A stretch of 62,445 bases of DNA, counting the filler. It is 6 parts of 6 records of this genome, joined end to end, with 100 filler letters (N's around TTAATTAATTAA, not from the genome) between each part and the next. Parts side by side here need not be neighbours in the genome. Positions count along the whole stretch, not along the records: positions 35,155 to 54,475 come from DRR378314_1094; 5 more parts are not named here. The stretch is one strand, 5' to 3'. This document shows, one piece after another, positions 37,446 through 49,165 of the stretch. A program made the translations under genes and the position numbers. Position 1 is the first letter of the stretch. Every line of letters starts with the position of its first letter. The notes beneath the pieces are model-generated. The model had not been told where the DNA came from, did not search any database, and saw only the letters and a program-made list of their open reading frames with translations.

Positions 37446-40400
37446 CTACTGGTCCATTACGTGCTTGAACTGCTCGACCTTCTTTTTGAGGCGTCGTAGC
37501 AGATACTTGGTTGAGTCACGCTGCTCCTGTGCTTCAAGTTTCTGCGATTCAACTTCGTGCAAGCGGCTACTCGACTCTTCAAAGTCCCGTTCAAGCTTGA
37601 CGCGCGAGAGGAGAAGATCCACGAGCATATCGTGCAGCGTTTCGATGTAGTTCGAAGCGATCTTGACTGCCTCGGTGGAGCGACGGCTGAATGGGACTTC
37701 GGATTCCTCCGTGAGGAGGCGTGTGATCTGATCCTGAATCTCCGCCGCTTTTTTCTCGAGTTTTGCCTTTTCATCCTGCAAGGGCGCATGAACGTGGCGC
37801 AGAAAACGAATCAAGGTAAGCGCTCGACGTTTGCGGTTGTCGCAGTGATGAGGAATGGGAACCCCACAAATCGCGCAGATCATGAAAAAAACGAGGTGCG
37901 CTCACCTATAGTAGCTGAACACCTATGTTTGCCCCTACGCTAACGTTTAGACGCCATTGGACAGTTCCCACAGCTTATCACGGTATCCCGCCGTCACGTT
38001 GGCAGCGGATGGCGTGCGGCCTCTACTATCCCGCGAGCGGAGCTGCCAACGCGCATGCAAACCTGCGCTCTCGGAAATGAGCGCGCCTATCCAGGAGTCT
38101 GTTGGTGTCAAAATCCTTTAATCAAGGGTGAAATCGGGTCAAAGGGCCCAAGCGCAGGGAGCGGCTGTGTCGCCCCGATCTTACCGGCAACAGCGCTGCC
38201 GCAGTCACTCGCGCGCGTTTGACACCAGCAGGCTCCTGCAAGGGCTCCATGCATGATCAAGAAGCCTCCGCGCACGTACCTGAGCACGCTTGCGGATCTG
38301 CGCAAGTGCGGGATCATCTTCGTCGTCGTCTGCGCTTACATCCGGAGAGAGAATACCTGCGTCCTTGAATTTCAGGATGCTCTTGCGCGCAAGGTAGTCA
38401 TTGATGTCGGAGACAATGTCCTGCACGCGTGCACAGCACATCGTAGCTCGTGACGGGAGATACACACAAAGCAGCGTACACCCTATGCAAGCGATTCAAC
38501 GCATTGCGATTGGAGCGACCTCAAGATATGAAGATGGGAAAAGAAAGTTCACGTCACCGGAAGCAGTTCTTTGCCACACAAAGCGGACACAGAGCACGAG
38601 CGGGTAAACGTGCTCGTGCGCGTTCTGGTGCCGACAACCAGTCCTGTCGACGGTAGAAAGTGCGCCAAATACGCGCGGAAAAGCTGCTCTCCTACGATGG
38701 CTTTCTTTCTTGTCGCCTTTCTCTCTCATATATCTTGGATTGGAGAAAAATGCGAAAAGAGCGAAGATGGAAAAGACGTCGCGACCGCAGAGAGAGTTCC
38801 ATGCGACAGTCTTTTGCTGCAAGCTCGTAGGGTGCAGCTGTTCACAGGAATTTACGGTGCAAACGACATTATACGCTACGTAATACTTGGCTTTTGGGAG
38901 TTTCTGTCCTACTGGAGAGCTCTATCGTTCCGAAGCACAATGTTGCGGATATGCAGTGGAGCTTCCCGATTCCTTTCATCGCTCTGTCCGTGCTCGTCAA
39001 CGTACCACACTCTTTTCGAGCTCGTTATTTCGGAGGTTTTCAAGCTCGATCTTGCGCTCGATTTCTCTTCCTGTAAATAGCGATAGGAGTCAATACCAAC
39101 CAAATTTGAGCGGGGAAAACGGAAGAACCGCCTCCGCTCTCTCGAACAATAAGTGCAAGGAAGCTGCGCCTTTGCACATTGCCTTTGGTGAAAATCCGCC
39201 TACACAGACGGCCTTATACACGTTCGTTCCTATTATGCAAGGCGTACATGTCACTGTTCGTCGCTTTATGCGAAATTGTAGAGGCTTTGCGCTGGAATTT
39301 TGGCTGAATATGGTGGAGAGGAGGTGGAACGCTAAGCTCTGCTCAACTCCTCTACGATACCTACGAAGCTACCGCCTGTACATTCCCTTCTGATACTAAT
39401 CAGCGTCCCGTTCCTTCGACACTTGAACATAGTCAACGATTTCGATGTCGCGCATTATGCGCAATGCACATGCTAATGCTTACGAGCTTCCAGGATAACG
39501 GACTTGCACTGTTGCGCTCACATGCGGCGAAATGCGCGCAAACGGGACTCTTGTAAACGCTTACGCGCAGCACTACATTCGAAAGTGGTTCCAACGAGGG
39601 AGGATCAAGCACTGATATGTGTGTTCTTTGGAGCGTGCTGCTGCAGTGCTGTTTCATCGTACTCTGGTTGTCTTCTTCAATGCGTTTGATCTCCGCCTGC
39701 GACATTTCGAGCTGCTCGCGGAGCTCTGCGATCTCGCCCTCCGTCTCCTACATGGACGGAACGCGCACAATGCAGTCCCGGAAACGTTACACAACCCAAA
39801 ACCAGGCGCGCGTGTACGAATACAGAGCTCGTGAGACCTGCGCACGACAACAAGCAGCAAAACTTTGCTCCAAGCAACGGAAGTGGCTTTCTTGTGTGCT
39901 CGCGGGTTGCGATTTTACACGGGATTTGCGTGCTTCGAGCCCCGTATCTTCATCGCAGATGTAGAACGGGGGAGAGAACGAACATCTTTCTAGCAGTGGG
40001 AAACGAGGGTTAGGACGTCTCTCGCCCACAGAGCGGAAAAAGCTCCAGACGAGAATACAGCAGCGCCTAATATATGGCATTGGGCTGCAATGGCACTTGC
40101 GTCACGGAGTGACGAGGAGACGTACCGCCGTTGCACCATCAACGCGCCGCAGACGCTTGTTTTCTTCCTCGAGCTCGCGAATGCGCTGGCGCTGCTGCGA
40201 CATCATAAGTCCGATGTTGTTCAGCTTACGCAGTGCCTGCTCTTCATCGTACGTTTCCTCAGAAACTTTCTTGACTTGGAACCGGACCTTCTTGCAGCTG
40301 GCGGCGAACTCCAGCGTTCGGTTCGTGAAGGACTCGACGTTGGTCAGGATGCGTTGATACACTAGCGGACAGAGTCGATGCAAGACATTGATGTGGACAA

Positions 40401-43400
40401 GATATGCGTTGCAGCCAACGCGTGAGAATTACGAAAATAATGAAGAATGAACGATGGAATGCTCTGTATCTTTGTTGACGTATATCGTGACTGTATGTAT
40501 GCGGTGACTTTTTTTGGCGGAAGTGCACGCAGCTGCACTCTATCGAGATCATCGGAGGAGAGAAAGAGACAGAGATCCGACGAACCTGACGCGATGAGAT
40601 ATGTCTTCGACGTTCCCATCATGCTGCCTTTGAGGACACGCAAGAGTGTATTTTGGCTCCAAATGGCACTCTGTTTCAAGGAACATTAGCAACGTTTCGA
40701 ACGGTTGCAGCAACTATCGTAAGGTTCAATTAAAACGAAAAAGGGAATTCTCAAGTACGCGAGCTCTAGAGCACATGCGCGTTCGTGGCGGTGAAGAGTG
40801 AGCTGTTCGCGCGGGAACTACATCGTGTGCGGTAGAAGACAAGTTCCCGTCGAAGCCCCGACGCGAGCGTACTTGTTATCGGGCGTATCCCACTGTGAAA
40901 ATAAATTACATGACAGAAATGTACTTGCAGAAATCGATTTACAGGCATTTACCTGTCTCGCGTGACATAAATTTATGCATACCACAGCCCCACGTTTTGC
41001 AGCGAATTGAGCAGAGGTATAAGAGGCAGGCAACTCAAAATCACCTTGAGCACTGTGCTGTGCGCACAACACTTGCGCGCCGCCCATAGCCCTCGCAGAG
41101 TGCCCAGGATAGCCCGCCACACACTTGCTCGTACCTCACCCTTCTTGCGGATGCTGATTTCTTTGATTGCAAGCGCTAGGTGCCTTAGAGATGAGTTAAT
41201 GAACGCGGTGGACTCCTCCGCGGATGAAGTACTTCCGCCGATGCGGAGCTGCCTCTGCGTGCTGGCGCGCTGAATTGCTGCCGCGGAAATGCCCTTCGCG
41301 TGCGGATGAGCGGCGTTGTCCTTGGCCGTCTTTGCTCCGCGCTCTGAGCCCGCAAGATCCACAAAGGTCGCCCGATGTTCAATTTTCCTGTGCTCAGCGC
41401 CAACCTGGAAGGTCGAAAAACACATTTGACGGTGAGAAAAAAAAATAGTACCGGCGCGAGGCTGAGGCAGGTTGTCTGCTACGCGGTGGCGCCCGGTCTA
41501 GCGGAAGAGCATCCGACTCGCGATCACGGGTTGGCACATTCTCGTCGTGCGCGGCTACATCATGCTAAAACCCGTTGGTATTGATTTTCAAACAAAAAGA
41601 AAGATGTACATTCATATACATGTGTATACGGCACACCTTGCTACCAACGATGTGGAACGTGAAGACTGAGTGGGAACGCGAGGAGTATTGGTGAAAGTTT
41701 GTTGCGCAAGTCGCTCGAACGTTGAGCGCGTCCTCGATACAAGCGGACACGTCGGTCCAAGATGTGACTTCAGCGCGCGTCAACCGATGCACTTCGTGCA
41801 ATTTTAGCTCGTTCTTGCCACTGCCGGAAAGTACAGGGACCACGGAGCGGTCCCACTGCAACCCGTTCGCAACACAACACGCGGTGAGAAATACATAGGC
41901 GGGGCCGTTTGCGCGCCCCAGTCCGGCAAAACACACAGATAGCAGCCTGCCATTTCGAGTCCGCGGCAGCCCTGGTCAGCTGAAATGGCGTACGAGAAAA
42001 AAAGGGTTGCTCGGCACAATGAGCGCTTGTAAAGCTCTAGCACACACTCTACTGCGATCCTCAAGAAAATGTACAGATTACCTGTGAAGTTTTAAGTTCG
42101 TCACTAAAGAGGAAAACCGTTACACAGCCAGCGTTAGGAGAACAACGGCTTCGCAACCTTGGAAGTCGTCTGTGTCGACGGCATTTCGGCAGAACTGTTA
42201 CTCTTGCGATTGTCGGTTTCTTCACCACTATTACACGTACCCCTTCTGATGAGACGAAGAATTTACGTTCAATTGCAATTGGCTGAAGCTCCTCGACAAC
42301 TCTTTCCGCAAGCTTTCGGTTGTTCTGCAGTTTATAAGCGTCGAATTGACGATCAATTCCAAGGAAGGAGAGGTGAGCGCACAGCAGCGGTACCTTCGAC
42401 GCTGCTTCTCGGTGCTCTCGTCGAGGTGAAATCCGATTTCGACGCAATGAAGCAACGAAGGCACAAGAAAGACCACCGATATATTTTCAATAAAAGTACG
42501 CATTGGCATATTCATTTGCAAACTCGTGCTGCCCAAAGCAAAAGATGCTTCGCAACGATTGTGATACGTTGCTCACACCAAACTGAGGCGCACTTGGGGC
42601 AGATTCCAGTGAGTTTCCGACGAATTGTCACTATCAGGTAGCCGTCACGTTTTCACCGCATCTGGTCCATATCGCCCTAGGCACGGAAATCTGGCTTTCG
42701 CCATCTGCATGCCACCGGCGCCAGTTCACACAGGCTCTCAAAGAGCATCAACAGTTGCTGCTGCGCAGGGTTTCGGCACGCAAGCCAATACACCTCGCGC
42801 TAGGACCGCCCGCGACGATATGCAGCACAAAGAAACCTTCAATGTCTCTGGTCCGAGCTATTCTCGAGCCAAGAAAATCCGCAGGTAAGACGATGTGTCA
42901 GTTATATGTTGACAAGCGGCACCAATAATTGTGCTCGCGCGTAGCGTACAATGAGCAGCTGCACGAGCTCTTTACGACTTGGAAACGTTACGACGGCAGA
43001 TCGGCTGTGCGCGTGCGCGGCGAATCCCCGTACGCCAGTGTAGTCACCCGAGCGCATATCCATGACAAGAACAGTCTACACGTACAGAAACAAGATAACA
43101 GCATCGAAACGGAGCATAAGCTGCAAAGCGATCCAGGGCGGCGGTAGCAATGGATAGCGGATGTGCCCCTAACAAGCTCATGGATATATTCCGTCATCAA
43201 CAGTGCGCAAGTGCAACAGGAGTCGACCTACACAGGTTCCATACGGAAGCGCGCTGTGCAAAGGTAACTGCCATGCAGAACCTTTGCTGCAAGACGAGGA
43301 AAGACTGCGTAGATCCTCGTGGCTCTATGATCCTTTTTGGGTTTGGTTGATGGCGTTATGCCACAAAGCGAATAGTGCACCAAACCAAATGAAACGAAGT

Positions 43401-45482
43401 GCCTCTACAACCGTTGCGTCCGCAAAAGCGGTGTATATTGCTGAGGAAAAGCAGACACAGGAAGCAGTTCAGCTCAACCCTGGCAACATACCTCTACGGG
43501 AATTTTGATCTTGGCAAAAGCGTCTCTAATTCGGTTTTCGATTCCATCATCGCTAAGCGGCTCGCTCCCGTCCTTCTCACGAATGAAGATGAGGCGAAGC
43601 GCGTTGGAAAGAAGGTCGTTCACCAGACCCACATCGCGGCCTGGAACGATTTCGAAGAATGACACTTCCAGGCGCCACTTGTACCTCTGCAAGAAGACAA
43701 GGTAGCAAGAATCGGCAAATAGAGCGTAGACGCGCGAGTCAGAACATACGCTACAGTTCGTCAAGAGACCAACGAGCTTGGTATGGTTCTGCACTGGAAA
43801 GCGCGAGATCGTGGTCGAATGCAGGACCAGGGTAAAAAAATACTGGGCGCCATATCACGGTAGCCAGTCCGTTCGCGCTGGTACCTTGTCTTCCGGTGCG
43901 TTTTGTTCTCGTATGTTGCGCTGCTCTACCAAGCGAAATGCGTCCTCTGTGATACGCGGAATAATACCGTTATCACTCGCGTCTCTCGTTTGTCCTTGCT
44001 TGATCGAGCGACCTCCTTCCGCGCCTGCAGCAGCACGAGAAAATTGAGACAGCGCCCAAGCCAACCAGCAGAAGCTAAACCGTGTGCGTCATGCGCGCCG
44101 GGATCAAGTACGCGCAGCCTGCATGGGACTATGGGTAAATTTCTTTCAATTATTGATGGGATGTGCACAGACTGGGAATGCAGCACGCGTTCGACGCAAA
44201 TGTCGCGCCGAGCTGCCTGACCGGCAGCGGACTGCGGCTATCCTGTCAGCACGGGTGTCGCAGTGTTTTCCCAAGAATCGCCGCTGTCAGCATAGGCGCC
44301 AGCTTGTACCCATGTACCCGCGAAAAATGCGTAAGAGGTGGATGCTGTGATGTAAATTTTACGCTGCACTAAGATATAATTCGGGGGGGAAGGAAAATGC
44401 CATAGCTGTGCGAGGACTGCAGGTTGCGCGCGTGTGGACCGTACGCGGACACCGTGGCGCTGAAGCAACCAGCCGGCTGCCCGCTCCGTTGCCGTGCTTG
44501 CACGACCAGGAACGCTCGCGCAAAGCAGCATACGAACCGAAATTTTGCAAGGGGAACCATAAAATTTGTAGAATGGCTACACACTGCAACGAATTGCGCA
44601 AACGAAAGTGGATGACGCAGCGGCGAGGTGTGCGAGGCTCTGGTTTTGTCTCGCGCGAGTTCCGACGCGCCGGTCGTACCGGCACTTGAGCCTCGGCAGC
44701 GTGCAGGACGCGCCCCAACGTACCAAACATAGTGTACGTTTTTCCCGCGCCAGTTTGTCCGTACGAGAATATACACGTGTTGTACTGATTTTCCATGTGT
44801 TGCGCAAGCTGCATTGTTGACAAGTGCAAAAGAGAATGTTCGCGTATACGAGTTATTCATTCGCAAGCACGTCCCTGGCGGTACTCTCCTTCGAGACGGT
44901 GCGGTGCGAACAGAGCACTGGAGGAACGAGGTAAGGGGCGTGAGAACCAGCGGGAAAAGGAGAAACAGCGTTGAACCGCCGCAGATTCTGGAGGCTACTG
45001 GCTTTACATAAAAGGGGTCGAATGCATCTGGTGTTTTTCTCTTGGAGGGTGGAGTGGGTGCTGGAAATAAGATTTCGCCCGTTCTTCGCAGCGCTGCGCC
45101 GTTGCGAGACTGCTGGTGAAGCACATGGAGTGGGGCTGGCGGCTGGGGCAAGAGTGCCCGCAAACGCTCTGCGGCAACACACCTCTGCTCCAATTCGACC
45201 GTACACGTCGTCTTGCGTTGCTGTAGATTCAAAAACCTCGTCGAATGCATACTTGCGAATGTCGTCGGGTCTCTTGGGGCTTTCTGGCGCCTGATCTTCG
45301 TCTGAGGGCTCAACGTGCCCGTTATCCTTCCGTGATAGGACAACGTTTGGCGCACCGGACGACCGTGCGACGCACTTCACCTCTTCAGCGGCACTGTTTT
45401 CCTCTGACTTGTCTCGCAGCAAGCTTGGTGTCACGCGGAGAAACGTTTGTACACGATCGCTCTTCTCGATTTCCGTTGCCAT
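37446..45482 (-). CDS. N-terminal-motor kinesin-like protein with coiled-coil tail, many exons
   Basis: RVQTFLRV, YAFDEVF...TQDDVY, P-loop IFSYGQTGAGKTYTMFG, GIIPR, SSRSHSVF, FVDLAGSER, INSSL and TLEFA, followed by heptad-rich exons to the stop at 37446. Joining the tail to the motor is inferred. Confidence 0.88.
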
Positions 45483-48400
45483 TTGAACGCTTCAGAGTAG
45501 CGCATTGTTGGAGTATTTGCAGAAAGTACCAGGACGGAAAAACAGGCAAAGTGAGGCGACCTGCTCGGTGCAGTGTTGCGCGCGGTGCCTTGAGCAGCGG
45601 CGCTTGTGCGTGTCCATCTAGGGGTATGAGGAGTACTGTTGCATCAACAAATCAGCAGAAAAATAGTGCCGAATTAGGGCTACGTAAATAGAAACGGAGC
45701 CAGTGCTTGGCAGCGCTTGTGGTGTCCAAGGCCGTGACGCGTGCAAGTCTGGGGTACGCTGCAAACCAGGTCTGTGTGCTCCACGCAAGTGGGACGCGCG
45801 GTTTGCTATCGCACCGGCTGCGCAGTCAACGACCTTTCTGCCAGGACCTTCCACACCGATTCCCAGTACGCACAGCACCATACGTATTTGTTTCGAATCA
45901 TGTGGATTGAATATCGCGTATGGCAGAACAATACGGCAAGGCTTGTGGCTACCACGTGCTCGGCAGCAGCGGCGTTGGTGGGTGGCGATGCTTCGCGACG
46001 GGCAAGCCGAGTACCAGTGCGCTACGAGGTTTGCGACAAGCTTCTGTGTCGCCTGTCCGTTGCAACCTGTCACGTGCGTGCAGCAGGTCAGCGACCTGGA
46101 TTTGCTGCACATATCAGCACTGCACTTTGTAAAGCGCTGCAAAAGTGAAAACAGAAACGGGTTTATGGCAGCGTACATTCGCGCAGAAATAGGGCGGCGT
46201 TTGAGATACAAGACGGCTGTGCAGCAAAGCACGACAGGGGCTTGGGCGAGACGCTGTGGGCAAATGTAACCCGAGTTCTCTGGGGGAACGGCCGTGCCGC
46301 TCCACAAGAGAGGCGCATCGCATCGCCTCGTCGGCCCTTCTGTATTGACAGGTAGGGGAGGGATATCCAGTGCCCTTGCTGGGAATGGCTAACATGCACT
46401 TTTTTCCATGCACAGTAGGGCATGCCTCAGATTTCCTCCTTTCCGTACCCCTCGGATACCGAACCGCTACCACTGGCAACTTGGCACAAGTCCGCGAACT
46501 GTCTATTCGCAAACGGTATTCGAGGGACGGCTTCTTCTAGACCGTTACCCGAGCACTTACAATGACTACATTAGCAGTTGATGCAATTCACAAAGTGTAC
46601 GAAGCAGGAGAATAATCCCTGTAAGCTGCAATCTGCTCTATCAACACAACCTCGGCACTTTCGGAGCTGTCGCTGCCGTGCGTAACAGCGGAAGTCCCCA
46701 GGCTCAAACAGTGCTGCCCAGGTCTTGCGACTCCAACTCGCAGACCTGGCTACCGTATCCAGCCCCCGTTTCTGCTCTAGGTGACAGAGTGGAACATTCA
46801 GTACACGTTGTAATAGTAATTTTGCATGTACAAGCAGTTTCCAGTGCTTCGATGGCATCAGGCGCAAAAGCGCCGTAAGCAAAGAAGTGCCCGGACATGC
46901 GCAGTGCTGATGGGCGATCACGCCTAAGGCAGCCAGTACTTCGGCAGCGTCGCCGCGAGTACCGCGTGCTCCTCCACGCGATCTCCCTGTAGTTCGATGA
47001 TATTCTCTACCACTGATTCAAGTTGATCTAGAGACTTCTAACGAATGTGATTTTTAGAGTCTTGGAATCAGTAGAGTAGGCCGCAAGGAGGCACTTTCCT
47101 GCGCAAGCGTTCTTGCTATTTCGCCTTCCCGCGTGGTACCTCGAGCCACGCGAAGCTTGCGCGTTCAACTGCAAGGCTCCGCTGCCTAATCCAGAGCCAT
47201 ACGCGCCCCGAAGAGTAACGGATTACTTTATTCATTTGAATTTGTACCTAGAAAGTAAAGGACTGACATTCTAAGCAATGTAGCTATAGCACTGGAGATA
47301 GCTGATGTCGTCCAGCGTCGGACCTGCGCGCACACGCACTGCCTGTAAGAAAGTTGGCGGCTTGCACAAGGTGCAGAATCGGCCTGTGGGGTTGGGTAAC
47401 CCTATTGTGCATGAAAAGAAAGTGCATGTTAGGCATTCCCGCCCTTGCTCTTGAGGAGAAGGTCCTCCCGCCGGACAATGCTTGGAAGGAGTGGCGTCTA
47501 GGGGGGGGAGGGTGTGCAGGCGCTGACTCTTCTGCGGCCCTATGCCTAAACCGAGCTCGCCGCGTCTCGCCCTGAGCCTGAGGCAATGGAGGGACCACTC
47601 CTTCCAGGTAGACATGTGCAGTCAAGTCTCTTCGGAGGAGATTTGAGTATCACATGTTGTGCTGCGTTGAAAAAAAAATTCCTGCTACTCATCTTACATT
47701 GGATAGAGGAAGAAGTAAACATGTACTAGCGCGGCGAACAGACTGGGGCTCGCGCAGCGGTTGCAGCTTCCCGGTGCTGTCGTGGGTTTTCCCTGTCCGA
47801 GCTTTGCACCTTGCCAGCTCTGACTTTCACACACCCACTGCCACTTTTCCCTCTATGCCCCCCCCCAAAAAATCGGGGGAGGGCATCAAGGTCAGTTTCT
47901 TATAGAAAAACATACTTTCAATATACTGTGCAGACTTAGAGCAATCGTCCCGCTATTTTGGTGAAAGCTTTGGTATTGCGTCTAGCACTTGCTTGCGTGC
48001 TGGGCGCGGCTCGGTTCGTGTGAGGCACCTCGTTTCTCCGGCAGAGGCGCGAGCTTTACCGGTTCCGACAAGCGCTCCCACTTTTCTTGCTCCGTCTCTA
48101 ACGTATTTGTGAAAGGCGCGGCAAAGGCATTTTTACATGCGGTTCGGTCTTCTTGCGTGCCTCGCGCAGCAGTGTCGACAAGCACGTGAGAATGGATGCG
48201 AGCTGCTCGAGCGGCGAAGTGTACGAAATTCGCTGCCGGGATACCTGCACCCACCTTAAAGTGGCGCTTTCTGAACCAGTAGCATTGTGGGAAGCAAGCG
48301 GTTCTTTGCTGCACTCACTAGTTCTTGCGGACACGGTCAGGTTGCTGTGCGAACGAGCCGACAGGTCCAATTCATGTCATCTCTTTGGTGAAAAGTGCTG

Positions 48401-49165
48401 AGTGCGTTTGGATACAAGGGTTGCAACGAAAGAGAGTTCAAGTCGTTTCGGCGCGCTGTCAAGCGTGTGAGGAACTCAGCGTCCTGACATGCACCGAATA
48501 GCAGCGTCGAAACTCCCACGGTACTCGTTTCATTGTTTGCGGTGAAGTGAAAAGACCGTACAGCACTGCAGGATATTAAGTTGTACACAAGAGTGCATGC
48601 AGGAAGTGCGTTTGGCGAATATCCTGTACAGGAGGGAGGGGTTGTTGTAGCAGAGCTCGTGGTAGCGCCGTCCGTGCGTTCGCAGGAGTACGAGCTGCGC
48701 GCAGTCCGCTCCTGTGCCTCCACCATGTATGCAGTCGCACTCGACAGTACGTCGAATAATAGGAGCACAGCAGCACATATCACATGGCTACCGACTCTCA
48801 ATCAGACGATGCAGCGACCACGGCGAAGCCAGCCCATCATCGGCCATGGCAATACGAATGGATTCTTTGATTCTGTACTGCGACGGTAGCGACGAGAGCA
48901 GTTCTTCGACACAAGCGATAAGAAAGGTTCTGAGAGCAAACGTACAGCTCGTACTGATAGGCGGAGGCACAGTTTCACGCGCTCCTGGTACGATCATGCC
49001 ATCTCCAGAAGATAATCCTGTATCAATCCAGCAGCATGGTGCACTGAAACGAAAGAAATGAGATCGATATCCTTCCTCAGACGAGCCAATCCAGCACTGC
49101 TGCAGAGTGCGAAAAGGCCGCTGAAGGTCAGCGATTCGGGGAGGCGTCTTGACACACCGTGATCC

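Noticed and set aside
47855-47905. Helitron 3' terminus
   Set aside because: The hairpin is present, but no CTRR follows at the expected distance.
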